Positions 27,301 to 42,522 of a stretch of 64,000 nucleotides of DNA are shown here, in pieces. The translations under genes were made by a program, and so were the position numbers. The notes under the pieces were generated by a model that searched no databases, was not told where the DNA came from, and was given only the letters and a program-made list of their open reading frames with translations. This DNA comes from Lingula anatina (Eukaryota > Animalia > Brachiopoda). Where the stretch lies: the NCBI GenBank assembly GCA_051362555.1, contig CM120640.1, positions 57,204,788-57,268,787 on the forward strand. Direction: 5' to 3'. The stretch's first letter is position 1; every line of letters begins with the position of its first letter.

Positions 27301-30300
27301 TGTGTATTGCTTTTGCTTTCAAATCTTTTCAGATGGTTATACATTAAAAGATAAACATTCTTATAATTTTGGTAATATTGGGGAAAAACAATGCTTCAAA
27401 ATTCCTAGCTGTATCCCAACTCTGTATACCTGTTCTGGTCTACATTAAGGTAATCATATTGCCATGATCAGTTTTTTTTATCTGTTTTTTTTTTTCACAC
27501 ACTAATTAGCATTTTCAGTGGCTTTTATATCCCATGGAACTGAATCAGTTGCTAGTTTTTCAATGTCCGTGTCAGCTTTGCTGCCTTGTTTCCTGTATGG
27601 TATCTGTATATTTGCCAGCTTTGCTTTCTAGTTAATAATATACTATGAGTATCATGGATATTCACAAAATATAACAATCTATGGTCTTGAGGTACATGGA
27701 AGTTCAAAGTTACACCTTGAAATGCCAATATGTGAAAACCTAAGTAACGTGGTTTTCCTTTACTGGTCATATAGTGGCAGTGCCCAAAATGGGGTTCTCT
27801 TCAATTTTGATGCAATATTATGTAATGCTTAACAGCATAATTACAACCAATTTTTGATTATGCACTGCAGGTAACATAGACCCCATTCCCATAGATTTTA
27901 GATCGATCTATCCCTGTGTGGAGTCTCACTAGATTACTGTCAGCTTAGTCGGCTTAAGCGTCTGTCCCGCCTACTAAAAGCTGTAAGGGGGTTATTAACT
28001 ATGATGTGCGCTAGGTTGACTGCAATTTAGCGTGAACCCCCAGGGAGTTAGGTCGATCTAAATCTAAATCTCTGGATCGATCTAAATCTCTGAGAATGCA
28101 CCCATAGATATTTAGAAAATTTGACAAGCCAAAGTTTTCAGGCACGTAGTAAAAAGTCATGCCGTGAAAATACCAATATGTAAACAAGAGACAACTGTAT
28201 TGAATTTCCATTTTCAATACTTTAGGCCACACTTTTTTATTTTTATGGATGACATCCTGCGTCTGTTCTCTGAAAAAAAAAACAATGAAGTCGGTTGTCG
28301 CAAACGTTGTCACTGGATTTGCTGGAAAATGAGCTTTCTGCGCATGTGTATTATCGCCACGTGGAAATGTGGCCGCTTTGCCGTCAAATTCATCTCTAGG
28401 ATTACTTTCAAATTAAACGACAATTAAAGTCATAAAGAGAACAGGGCCCGGATTGGATTGATATGCCATTGGTATTAGCATGGAGATATCACCTTTTTAC
28501 AATTATACAAAAGGCTGGCGTCGGCCAGCGATTATCGCCCGGAAAGTTTCAGTGACATTCTGTCCAAAGCAGCACATACCAGTTTTTTGTAGCGAAAAAA
28601 GGGTCGACAAGGGCGTCAAGGTATTTGATGGGCTGAAGGTCGGACAGGCCACCCGACTGTTTGGCTGCTTTGTGTGAGTCAACGTAGACCAAATTGCATA
28701 GACCGAAATGACCTTTAATAGATCTGGTAGTATTAAACACCTCCTTGCATCATTTTTTAACATTTCTGTGAAGTGTTCATAATGCTTTAATATTCTGAAG
28801 GTACAAATAAAGAAACACTGTTTGTTTGATATTTGTTTTATTGATTGCTATACAAATAAAATGCATGAAGTAACCTTAAATAGATTTAGTTTATTGCAGC
28901 ATGTCAATTCATGACTTTTTTACCTTTCTACGAAGTATTCCCAATGCTTTAATATTTTGAGAGCATGGATATAGATATATTGTTAGTTTGATACGGGTGT
29001 CTGTTGTAAATTTGTGTTTCCATCTGTGTACTGACAGCATTTCTTTACTTAAGCAGTATTTTTTTTATATATGTGTCTGTACAGACATACTAACTTGGTA
29101 TAAGGGGTAGTCACATGCTATGACATGCCAGGAATAAAGGTGCTGACACAGGTATCACATTACTCCTTAACATGGCAACGTGTAATGAAGTGAACATCCA
29201 ACTTGCTTGCATGGGATTGCTCTAAACTTGTGTTTGTACATACATTTATATGTATATATATGTGTGTTTTTTTACAAAAACTAGTTCATCATTATGCACC
29301 AAAACGTAGTTTTAGATCACTTGACCAGTTTTTGCTAATGCCTTGTAGGGCCAGATTAAGAACATTCGTCCACCAAGTTCTTCAAGTCTATGGACCAAAT
29401 AAATGGAACATTCTCCCAGTATACTAAAAGACTATATATATAGTGTCTGAGGACAATTTTTAAAAAGAATTAAAAACTTTTATTTTCAAAAAGCTTTATA
29501 ACTGATTTGAATGGACATAAACTTAACATCATACTATCTATTTTAATATCTTAAAATTTTAACTATCCATATATTCATTTACATTGCACTATACATTTTA
29601 ATATTTTAATATCTTAACTGCCTATTTATTGATTGACTTTATGCATCTTATTCTGTTCATTTTATGCATGTTAATTCTACTGGGCATTTTATATGGATTT
29701 TAGACTATAAATAAATGTTATTGTTATTATTATTATGTTCAGAGCAAGCTTTTTTAAAGTCTTGGCATGGCATATGGTCTGAGTTAAACCAATGACAAAA
29801 GCATGGTGGGGAGTTGAAAAATGCAGCTGAACATCCTTTCAAAAACAGCTGCCATAACAGTTTTAAAGCGGTAGTGAAAAGCCTTTAGTCTATAGTGATG
29901 GGAGTTTCATGTTGTATTTTCTAAACATGTAGTTCATTACCTTGTGACTAAAAAAGAAGATGGTGATTACATTACCTCAAACACTTTGCCCTCGTTATTT
30001 CAAAGATAAACGGTGCTTTTTTTTTTTTACTCAAAATCTGCAATTTCCTGAAAATGATTGATAATAATGCATTGCCAACATTTGTTATCAAGGTCTTTCA
30101 ACCATTATAATGGTTGCCTTGGGAATTCTGTGGAAAAACTGATAAATTAAATAGTCCATTTGAGCTTTTTAAAGCAAAAATTGGGAAGTCTGATCGGATA
30201 CTTGATAAGAAGATCTAAAACCTCATCAATTTAAAATTGGATAGTGGAGCCCAATAACGTAATAAGAAGTCCACAGAGTCTGTTTAACTATAAACACATG

Positions 30301-33300
30301 TGATTCCTAAACCCATTAGTTTTAAGGTAATGCTGGGTCAAAATAAAGAAAATGAGACAATTGCAGTGTCCTTTTCAAAGATTATGAGAGAAAAATAATT
30401 ATTGACTCATACTTATTATTAAGGTCTGAGAAGATGTAATGTCCAATAGCATTTACCTAAAATTATGGCATGTATTGGATTGATTATAACACAAAATGTT
30501 CTTCAATTTCCATAGGAATACCCACTGTAATTCAATAAACTTTCACTTGATACTACTGCTTAATAATGCCTCTAGCACATAAAAGTTTTGACTCGGTATC
30601 CTTAGGTACCACAGGAATGTTAAAAAACTATTAGGCATAAGTTTTCTATGCCAGGGACAACACTATGAAGTTGTGCCAAATAAAGGTCATTTGATTTTTA
30701 AAGCAGATTTTTAAAGACATGCAATGAGCACTTTACCTTTATATATCAAGTGGCTTAAAAAAGAAAAAAGTTACTAATTTCAATATTTTTGACAGTTTAC
30801 AACTGAATTTTGCACAGATTTTTTGATACTTTGGTCAACACTGTAAATTTCAAATGTTAATGCTAAACAGTTTTGATATTATTATCAATCCAAAAACACA
30901 TTGACAGGTGTCAAAACTGGCAGACACTGGCACCTACCAGAAGTCACATAGGCCGACGAGGCATTTTTTTACTGAAGATTTAAATTTTTCTGAATGGTAG
31001 AGTCATGAAATTTTCAACAATTATGAAAAACATCATTTTCCTAAAATTTCCCAAATTTCATTGCAATATCTCCAAAACTATTGAAGTGATTGAACTTTGA
31101 AATAAGTATCTTTTTTTTTCTTTGTATGTTAGCATGTAATATGCTTGAATTTTGATTTACCTGGAGATTTTAACACTTTTCCCTGAATCCCAAGGTATGC
31201 TTTATCTGCAGCCTTTGTCTAAATGATTATCTGTAAATTAGTTTTCGTATTGACAGTTATTATTTATAAATTTTAGGATATAGTATACCTGGGTAAATTG
31301 GGCACACTTTTTTCTTTTGCTTTTATCATCATTATTTTTATATTATTAAGGTCTTAAGTATATTGCTGGCCTTGAAGTGCCTTTTTTGTATGCACCTGAT
31401 GCAAATTTTGGAGATATTGCTATTTTTTCTGAAAAAAAAGTCATCCAGGGTCTATTCACATTAAAGGTCTTCGTCTCTTTTATAAATTTAGATGGACCAG
31501 AATTAAGTAAGAAAAATGTCATTTTTGTGAAGTTTAGGTTAAGAACAACATGAAAATACTGACTTAAGAAGATTTTATAGAGTTTGATTTGATTAAGATA
31601 AACATGTTTATAATCTTTCAGCTGTATCCATCTGGCATATTGTTAAGCCCAGTAACACTTGCTTGTACATGTAGTCCTTAAGTCAGCTACTATTGCTACA
31701 GAGAAGATGGGTTTGTGCTACTTGCAATTTCTGGTCAGTTTTTGAATGTCCAGATCTGTATGTATTCTAATTGTTCATAACAGTGGTTTGGACACTTTGT
31801 TTTCACATTTGTTGATTTGCTGATAAAATTTGGTTATTTATTGTCACTGCTAAGTCAAATAAGATAAATTATATTGGAGTAAATAATTAACTTACAGTTT
31901 CCTCTCTGTCAAAGGCATATATTCTTAAGGCCAAAGTTTGTTTGAAAAGTCAGGTAAATGGTAAATCAAAGAGTTTTTAGACATAATTCTTCATTTCAAA
32001 TGACCATGTCAAATCGATTGTTTGGCATTATTTAATTGGATTGGCTAACATCCATTGCAAATTAAAGGGAGGAACAAAATTTGCCTTATATCTTCCTATA
32101 CAGTCAAATTGCCATTTTAGTGGATGTTTTGTTAGATGACTTTTTTAAATCTTAATCTGTTTATTATGACTGAAGGTTATTTTGCTACTCAAAAAATGCT
32201 TCATTAAATCACCCATCTCACTGCCACATGAGATACAGTGGTCCATAAAATTGATTCTCACTTCAGTCTGATGTTCTATAATTGCCAAGTTGCGCTTGTT
32301 TTTATATAAATGTATATTGCTGTATTCTTAGACCCTATACTTTATAAAGGAGAAACTCATTTATTCCTTCAATTGATGAGACAATATTATTGTAAAATAA
32401 ATGTGAATATACCAGGATAGAATATATACCTGTAAAACTTCACAGCTAGTACCCAAGTAAGTAATCTAATTATTTAGGCTTTATTTAATCAACCATTGAC
32501 CCTTCCACAAATACATTTACCAAGTGGTGCAACCTAAGAGATGCATCCTAAATGATGCATATGTCTGCTTTGGAAAGTATATACTTACATATAAAAATCA
32601 TTCTATTTCCCAGAGGATTCAACACGTTGGATGCATATGTCTGCCTAAAAGTCAATTTAAGACATTTGATGAGTTTTCTGGAATTAACGTTCTGTGCTCA
32701 GATTATCTTTGTATGAAATCTGACAGGTTTGTATGAGAGAAACCCCCAGAGATTTTCTATCATCAAAAACAATAGAATGTCCAGAAGTTCATAACATTTC
32801 TGTGCAAAGTTTCCGTCTTGTTTCTTATTCTGCACTCATGATTCAATTATCTTTGTTTGATAAATAAGTCAGAGCAAATGTAAAATCAATATTTTTTGTA
32901 AGTTGTTTTGTACATTTACCAGAAAATGTAATACATTCTTAATCTTTACATAGTTTTGTTCATCACAGTTCAATACAAAATACTCCATTTTACAAAGAAA
33001 CATTTTTGAGGCATTATGTTAAATATATGTCAGCTTCACTTTGAAGGCAGCTGTTGTGCACTGGGAACGTTGGCAGCATAAGATACTGAAAGTCTTAGAA
33101 GAGAGGGGGGGCACTGTTTATGAAAAGCTTCATGGGCTCATATTTTAGCATAATTTCTCAGAGAAAAACCATTTCACAACTCCGTCAATTTTTTTGGCAA
33201 AACAAGCTGATTGCTGAAGAGAAAGAAAGTGCATATTGATTTTATTTTAAGTAACCAGTTATTTTCTCATTAAAATAAAGAGACCTTTGGTTGATGGTCG

Positions 33301-36300
33301 TTTTTTTTTTTTAAACTAAATATGAACATATAAAATATTTCATATATCAGCTGCTTAAGCCATAATAGAAAACATCAAGATTATTAAGCACAGAGGCCTG
33401 TCATGGATTCAGTCTTAAGAATGATTGATTGATTGATTACGGCAAAGTTCATATCAAGCATTCAAAAGTGCAAGAATGCAATCAAATACTGTTTGATATT
33501 TTGTATTCAAGGGGTTCATTGTTTTTTTTTCTCTTCACTTTGTTATGTATCAAACAGACCATGTTATTATCAAAATAAGAAATACAAAAATAATCTTGGA
33601 CTTTGTGATGAACATTTCCCTGACACCATTTTTTCCAAACGCCAATAAACATAGTTAGAATATGTCACAATAAGTGCAGGCATTGTTTAAGTCAATCATC
33701 AGCAATCCTATTGATTTCCATCTGAATTAACACAAAGGAAAGCCAGAGACCAATTAAGTGTCAAGGGGATTATTGTTTGAGAAAGTATTTTTTGCCACAA
33801 CAGATGATTTTGATTGTTTTCAATATGCTTACAGCTATAAGGTGTGGATAGTGAAGTTTGATGATAACATTGTATGGGAAGACAGGTGATCATTATATTG
33901 AAAACTAAATATGGAGTATGATTATCCAAAAAACATTGTCAACTGAGAGAAGATAACTGTTAATAAAAGTTTTTTTTTCTATTTTTTTCCTAACCTTTAA
34001 GTTACTTTCATGCATGTTTAGTAATGTTGATGCTTCAGTTTTATGACACCCATTTATAAATATTTTACATAGTTTCTCCCACCATGCTGAATTACATTAT
34101 GATTAAGTGATGCCAGTAGCTGTTGGTGTTCAGAGGAAAAGTCCTCATCACACTCTGGCAAAAAAAAAAAAAAATAATAATAATAATAACTGACATATCT
34201 AAAACAACATATCCTCAGGAGTGATAAAGCTTCACTGCATGTAGCATGATTGCAATGCATATTTTCTGTTACAGTGACAGAAATAATGCCCAGTAAAACC
34301 CCAGTGCCTCACCTGGGTTGTTTACTATTACTTCCGCAGAGCAGCAAACAAATCATGTAGTTTTGCACAGTTAATACATTTCTGTAGGCAGAGATGCATG
34401 AAATCTTGGCATAATGTGCTGTGATCTGACTGTCACATGATACATTGCCAATGCCGCCTCAGCTTCACTACTGAGACTTGCTTATAATGAACCAGCTGAT
34501 GACTTCAAGTGAGAGTTGAGGGCGGAGCTGCTACGACGCACTAAACATAACCACCAACAAATTACACAGCTTCATAAGTTTTGTCATTTGATGGAGCATT
34601 CACATATAAAGACAAGCTAACAAAATGTCTTGGATGGATGATCTTTGGAAACTGCTTTTCAGGTCAGTTTTTACGCAAAAATAGTAATTCCATGTCCTTC
34701 ATTCAGTATTGGGTGTATGGGGATGTTGTGATTTTTTTATGATCATTTGGTTATTTCTTAATTTTGTAAAAAGTTGCTACAAGAACTTAAGTGCAACAAT
34801 CCCTTTTTTTCAACTTTAGATATAGCTGGGCAGTATGTAGATATTTGACCATTATTTTATGAAACTAAATACACAAAGATAGTTTTATTCATGAAACAAG
34901 ATGTCATAATAAAGATAGGTCTTTGTTTATTTTGTATGTATTTTGACATTAAAGGTACAAAGGAAATGGTTCATTTATAGTTAGGAACCTATTTCAAAAA
35001 TTTAATTCATTTTGTCCTTACAGGATATACTGGGTATACAGCTACCAGTACACATACATACATATAGAACAGCTATTACTATAAGGGAGTTTGGGTCAGG
35101 TGGGGGTTCACTTAAAAAATAGTCTTGTTTTTTTTCCATTGGGTATATCAACGGGAAAAAAAACACAATCAACCAGATGCAGCCACTCCTGCCTCATATC
35201 CTGTATCTTTTTATAACAAAGTTCATATCTTCTAATTTTATTCAAGTAGGTAATAAAGGGTACCTGTCTGTTTATGGTCTCTTAAAGTATACTGAATCTG
35301 TTGTTATATGTGTTAATTGACTTTTCTACAGACCCTCTAATGTGATCTTGACTTAGCCAGCTCTGTGACAGAATTAGACAAAAATATGGCAGATGTCATT
35401 AGGGGGTTTTCCTCAGGATATTGGGAAAAGCTTTCCTAATCCATGCTACGCCATCAAGATATAAGCAACTGGGCACACCCATGGTGATGGTCTTTTGTTA
35501 GCAAAGTTGAAATTACTGGTGCATTGATCATACCAGGAATGACATCATGGATATATCGGTATATGACTTTATGGTATCTATGGAAAATAGCACCAGGGGC
35601 AAGCACTGAAATTATTATAATCACCCTTGTCTCAACATCTGACATTCATTTATTGGCTTTACCATAAAGTTAGTTACAAAAATAGTTTTATTAATATTTT
35701 AATTAACAAGTTAGTGCAATGCATGAAAAGTACAGTTGCTATGAGATTCACAAAACCCTCTCATTGACACTCCTTTCAAGTGCCACTTAGAGCACTGGTC
35801 ACTATATACCTGCATTTACCCCAGATATACCACTGCAACAACAGTACAGTACACACTGGGCAAGTGACAGGATATCAGTTATGCTTTTAAGAAGATGAGG
35901 ATATGGAGATAAACTTTCTTTTATTTCATGTATTTATCAAATTGAAAATATAATAGAAAATATGTTTGCAGTTAAATCTATAAGTTTGTTTTGATTAGTT
36001 TAAGTAAGATTCATTCAAATCTAGACAGACTTGATTTAAACTTAGCATGTTATTTTGCCTTATTAAAACATTTACAATACAAGTTCACTACTTGAAAAAT
36101 GTTTGCTCTAGCAATTTAACAACAATATCTTAGGTCTCTTTGACTTAATGCCAACTGAGATATTTTCTGCCAGTCTTCAAAATTATCTTTGTTTATCCAG
36201 CTTCTATTTTTGATTGTCTTCCAACAGTAAAAATTAGATACCTGTCAATGAAAACTTGAAAATCAGACCATCTTTCGGAAGACCCGGAAGACGGCCTAAA

Positions 36301-37101
36301 TCTGCCCCTGGGTATGGTATGTTAATTCTAGCATGTATACTAGGCTGAAACATGACATAAATCTGTTTTTTTTTCTAATTTGTTTCCTTCATTTCTTTTG
36401 CTACATTGTTGTCCAAATCTACACAATATAAGAAGACAGATTTGAAAAGTATTAGACCGTGGTTATTGATAAATTAAATTTAAATGTTCCCCACCTGCTT
36501 TAAAACTGGATTTCTTATAACATTTATATAGTGAACTAAACATATTTGGTGTGCCCCCAATAAAAAGTTATTGCTTGTCATAATTTTAATTTGCCTTTAT
36601 ATTACTTTCAAAATTTTGAAGAAGTATCATATTATTATTATTAAGCACAATCTTAGCAGGTGTTAAATTTCCATTACCACACTTAACCTTGTTGTTGTTT
36701 TTATTAAATCTAATTAGATTATTACCATAACCAAGACTAATTTGGTTATGATTTAAAGCTAAGGTGTATTGCATTTATTGGTATATTTTTATATATACCA
36801 GATATTTTCCAAATGTGTTGTGTATGTGGTACCATAAGGTTTATGACATTCCATGAATGTCTGGGTGATCACGTAGAAACTTCATTAATTGTTCCATCAG
36901 CAAGACTGGATAATCTTTTGAAGCCTGCCATCACTGTTATGCACATACAAATATAATGAAGAAATCTCTTCAAGCTGTCTATTAATATTGGCTGGGGTTA
37001 GCATCAGGTAAATTGCTGAGATGAATTGAATGATTATAATATTACTACTATGCAGAAAACAGATCAGTGTTATCATAACTCATATAATAAAGATGATTTT
37101 G

Positions 37102-37166
<65 letters not shown>

Positions 37167-40100
37167 TATTATTATTATTATTATTATTATTGTTGTTGTT
37201 GTTGGATGAAGTTTTGCTTTCACTCTCTATGGTTAGTTTTGTATAGAAAGATTTCATTAATATATTATAATTACATTACAATGATAATAAAAACAGTCAG
37301 TTTTTAAACTATCAAATGTCATTCAATGCTTAAAAGATTTAAAATTAAAAAATAAAATAAAACTGGCTTTAATTAACATTTATTGCATTCAGTATCTCAC
37401 AGTATGTCTCACATTACTGAAACATGATTGGCAGTTATCTGTTATAGCTTTTATCAGTCAGACATTACCAGGGTATTTGAACCCTCAAAAGAAAAGAAAT
37501 TAAGTTGATGTAATGAAAAATATCCTGTTGTTCTGACCATTCTCACAGAAAGGTTCATTGCATTCCATACCAAGGTCTTTCATCTGGGCCATTTCAGTCA
37601 GTTCAGCAAACAATTTTTTCATTTTATATTCATAAAATTCTGCCAGAGTCTCTGGAAATCCAACCTCAAGCTTAAGAGTGTTTTGCAGGCAATGTTGACA
37701 GACACTTGCTTTAAGAAATAACACCACCAGTCTTCATAAATGATATAATAGAAATACAACAAGCATTTTTGGCATTTTTTAAAATTAGAATAAATAAGAA
37801 TATAATAAATGAAAAGATGATGCATGTAAACAAACTAGGAAATGGTGTATTGTTGCAACCAGGTGTGGCCTATGTCACATAGTTCTTATATGTTGTTACG
37901 TAATGTTGCAACCAGCCATCACTAGTGGGCCTGATTTGGTCTTAAAGTGCAATTTAAGACTAAAACTAGGCTGAGGCGATCTTAAAGCTTAAGGAGGGAC
38001 TCTTAATTTGATCTTAAGACTAAAAACGAACTGAAAGTCCAGTGAGTAAGACTATAATTGGTCTGAAGTGGTAAAGCAATTCAGTCCAAACTTGGACTGG
38101 GGCTCCAGCCAGACAGCTGAAGATAGCAATCAAGTGGAGGGCCATTGTATGAGTAGCAAAGGGTGGTCTCTTGTCAAGCAAGTGCTAATTGCCTAATTGA
38201 TAAGGGCAATTCAGATACTATCTCAGATAATTTCTAAAGCAAGGAAAGACTTGGTTGTAGAAGTACTAGTGCAGCATACTTTCAATGTTGTTTTGAAGGA
38301 AGTCTTTCTTTTTTCTTTCTTTTTTGATTTTGATTTCTTGCTAAAGGGTGACTCAAAGAAAGAAAGAAAAAAGAAAGTAAGACTTCCTTCAAAAGCAAAA
38401 ATCAAGAAAAATATTGTTGCCTCAGACTAGTTTTAGTCTTAAATTGTGCTTTAAGACCAAATCAGGCCTACTAGTCCACTCTTTCTTTGAGTCCTGACAG
38501 AATGGTTGATTGAGGGAATGCACTATTTACTTAGTATGTAAGTATCACATTAACTCAGTTGTATCTTGTTTTAAAAATAAAAATTACATTTCTAAAGAAG
38601 ATATGGACAGAACTTTGGAAATTTTAAAAGATTTTTAGGACAGACGTGGGAAGGAAATTATATAGCAGAGAACTTACTATATCCTAATGAAAATAATTTT
38701 AAAATCATGATAAATGTGAAATTGATATGATTAAATTTATAATTGTGAATACCGATATGCATGTAATTAAAATGTAACCATATTTTAAAAGTTAAAATGG
38801 AATTTTGTATTTTCAATTTTTTGTGTACTGTATATGAGCATTTGGTACAAAAAACTTTCTTAATTGGCATTTAAAATAAATGCACTTTTTTTCACTGCTT
38901 TTGAATTTACCTTTCTTGGAACAGTAATAAATACTTAATATCAAAACCCTTTAAAGAAAAATTGTTTAATGTATGCTGCATTTTCCTTGCTTTAGAAATT
39001 ACCTTAGATCACCTTTCAGCAAAAAAATCAAAATCAAAGAAAGAAAGAAAAAAGAAAGACTTCCTTCAAAAACAAAAATCAAGAAAAATATCGTTTTAAT
39101 TATGAAATTCTAACATTGAATACCTACAGAAATTATCTGAGTTAGTATCCGAGTCACCCACTAGTGCATACATGTGACAACGATGACGCAAAGTGAAGTC
39201 ATCTCAATGCTTCCTAGAGGAGAATGTCTACAAGGTCAGATGATTGCAAATTTTGAAATGATATTTATTATTGGAAGAACGGGATAAGTAGCCAGAGCAG
39301 AGGTGTATTGCAAAAGCTTAGAGGACAGCCAATGAGAGTTTATTATAGAGTTATTTCAGTGACAAAACCAAGAGGTCCAGAGTGACGATATTGTGCAAAT
39401 TTTTTGCTCACAGTGAGGAAAAAAGAATGGTGATAGACTGTAATATTTTAGATTCGGGCATTTTTATTTATTTATTTTTATTATTATTGCAATAACAATA
39501 AATATAAAACCTGATGTAGAAAATTGGTTTTAGTTATTTTTTTATATATACTTAAACAATTATCAACATTGGTATTCAGTCAGCAAAACAATATAGTAAC
39601 TTCAGCCAAAGTGAATGAGAACAACAAGTAGACATAATTTTGATCTGTAAACCCATTTCGAGCTCCAAGTTTCATTATTTCAAGTCAACCTCTAAATGGA
39701 GATTGAGATCAGTGAAATTCAACAGTAATGATTAAAAGAGGCTATTTGAATTCAAAGACAGTGATTTTCTGAACAGGTTTGGATTGGATATACCTTGGTG
39801 ACTAAAGGGAAATTGTTGCCATTTCCAGGATTTTTTTTCCATATCACTGTCACAGTATAACTGAATCCAATTGCAGATTTTTTCAGTAATGATTGAAAAA
39901 TAAAGGTGGTTTCAGGACTGTTCTTCATTGGGGTGTAAGTTTGTCTCTGTCATTGATCACATTGAAGCAGTGTTGATTCATGCTTTGGATGTCTTTGGAT
40001 GTCCCTGTTCTTTTTTATAGCCTTCCCCCTTATTGAGAAAAGTGTTGAAGAAGCAGGTTTTCATATAGCCCTTCTTATCATCTGTGGATGCAATGTTGTC

Positions 40101-42491
40101 CTGTCAGCTACATGTATTTATTTGAAATTTGTACACATAAGGACAGTGTAAGGCCTTTTATTTTGATTGCAGTAGATGATATTACTATAAACAGTCACTG
40201 TAACCTGGACAAAAGTATTTGCTGATGCAATCATTACAAAGATTATCTGATTATGGCATTCATAGTTGAGGAGGTGGTCAACACATTTAGCTTGTGGAAT
40301 TCTATTATTATTGTCAACTTTTTAAAACATTATGTATGGCACATTGAGATTTTTATACAGTGCATTGTAGAATTATTTTTTAACAATATTACATCAGTCA
40401 TTTACTAAAATTGAAGACATTATGCCTGTTTTTGGTACATTTTATAACAGCATGGTAACAAGCTTTTATATTATATTACCTTGTTTTATTTGAAATATGA
40501 TCACTTTTGAAATTATCTAATTCGCATCTGTACAGCTACAGCTTAAAGAAATGTCTGTTTTGAAACAGCAAGATGAAGGCAGCTACTGAATCACAATCAA
40601 TCTAGCTGAAAGTGCAATTTCTTCAATAACTTTCTTTGTACCTACTATATATAAAATACACGTATATAAGTGATTTTGAAAACAAGCATGCAGGTATTTG
40701 ATGTTGATGGGTTTGTTATTGACAAGTAATTTATGATATTGAACTTATTTTTGCCATTCTCAACCAATCAATATGCTACACAGCCTGACGTAAAGAGCTA
40801 TGGCAGCCAACTTGGATAGGGATCAACCTAGGGCTTTGTAAAACTCCTTGGAGGATTTATAACTGATTTTTGATGAGAACTGAAATCCCAATGAAATCAT
40901 TTGGTTTTCATCTGCTTGCCAAATTGGAGTTTTCCTGTAGTGATAGTAGGGAATGGAAGTGCTGAGATTTGAAGAAGTTAGGCAAGACTTGATTTCACCA
41001 TAACACACAGACATGGTTCCTGGAGTTAATTAGCAGGAATTATATCAAGATGAGCATTTCTAGAACAATGGCAGTGACTTCACACAATAAGTTGTCCAAT
41101 TCATGGAGTCCAAACCTTTCTCCACGTTTTATGTAGGTATTTTCTTCATAAGATGACTTCATTAGTCAAAAAATTTAAATTTTGTGATATGCTCATTCAA
41201 CATTGTGTTAAAATCATGAAATAACCAAATATTTCTAGAGTGCTTAAGTACTAAGAATGCTTTATCACAATGGTTTATGTCACATTTGCTAATGAATGTA
41301 AGAATAATAATATATCTATTAAGAATGGGTCATAATACTGAGTGACTGTTCAAGACTGTTATTTGATCATGGTCCCCTAATTTGAAGGTGATCATGTGGG
41401 TATGTCCGTCTGTCACCAATTTTAAAATTATTAACAATTTATTAGATGTTAAAGGTATTTGTGTTTTATATTTAAATGAAATATGAGAAAGAATTTTAAA
41501 TTGCTTTTCTTTTCATTATGAAACCTACCAGCCTTAGCATATATTCATTTGTCCAGAATTAAAACATTTAATAAAAAGGTGACCTACAATCTGGATGGCA
41601 ATAAGAGAGAAGAAATCACAGAGTAATTTCACTTGGTGCTGAATGTCCTTTAGGAATATTGATCACTTCCACAAGCATAAGCGTAGGTCCAAATTTATGC
41701 TGCATTTCACCCAGATATGGCTGACTGTATTTATAGTCAAAACCACATATAATAGGATGAACCTTTTTGATTGAAGGCTTGTTCTATAACCATGAACCAG
41801 AGATGAGATTTTTCCAGCTATTGGTGGATTTCTACCTTTTAGTGTTGTGTTTGTGCTTACAACAGTGAGATTTTTCTGACCAACTATTTGGGAGTCAAAA
41901 GGTCTCATTCCTGCCATGAATGGTAGGGACTATGTAAGTTTATGAAAATTACATGACCTTAAACCGATACCACTTTGACTGATCCCATTTCCATGGGATC
42001 ACGAGCCTCATATTTGTGAGTATGAATGCCCAAATTAACAGCTCAAACCATGATTTCAAGGCACGAATTTAGAATTAGTTGCCACGAGCACAGCATCAAA
42101 AAGCATGAACTATTTGGCTAACTTTCATCTGGGTCATTAGCTGTACACATATGGGTTCTTTTTCTCAACCCCTGACTATTTTCAATATTGTAGAAAATAT
42201 GAGTAACTGCATGTTAGAGCTTTTGAATATTTCTAGTCAAAAAAGGTTTCTACTTTGATGAAAGAGAGAGGATTCTTGATGTTTACTGCAAGGCCAAAAA
42301 AGTGGCTAGGGCTTTTGTTGACCGAATTTGAGGAGGAAAGTGATGTTAGTTGTCATTGTCTCTCAAAGCTTAAACAAGATGTACAGTAATATATGAGTAG
42401 CATGGAAAATTGTTTCAACAACTAATTCCACCAATTCACAAATATCAGTTTTCATGGATTTTCTTCATCATTACAAATAAATAAATAAAAT

Positions 42492-42522
<31 letters not shown>

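Noticed and set aside
37026-37307. Poly-N/poly-Y ORFs on both strands
   Set aside because: Artefact of the trinucleotide microsatellite.
38518-41933. Further tiny phase-2 first-exon candidates: MHYLLS[M] 38518-38537, MST[R] 39224-39234, MVGT[M] 41920-41933
   Set aside because: Very short, with weak or TE-embedded context; such matches are expected by chance in 38 kb of AT-rich DNA. Still worth checking in junction data.
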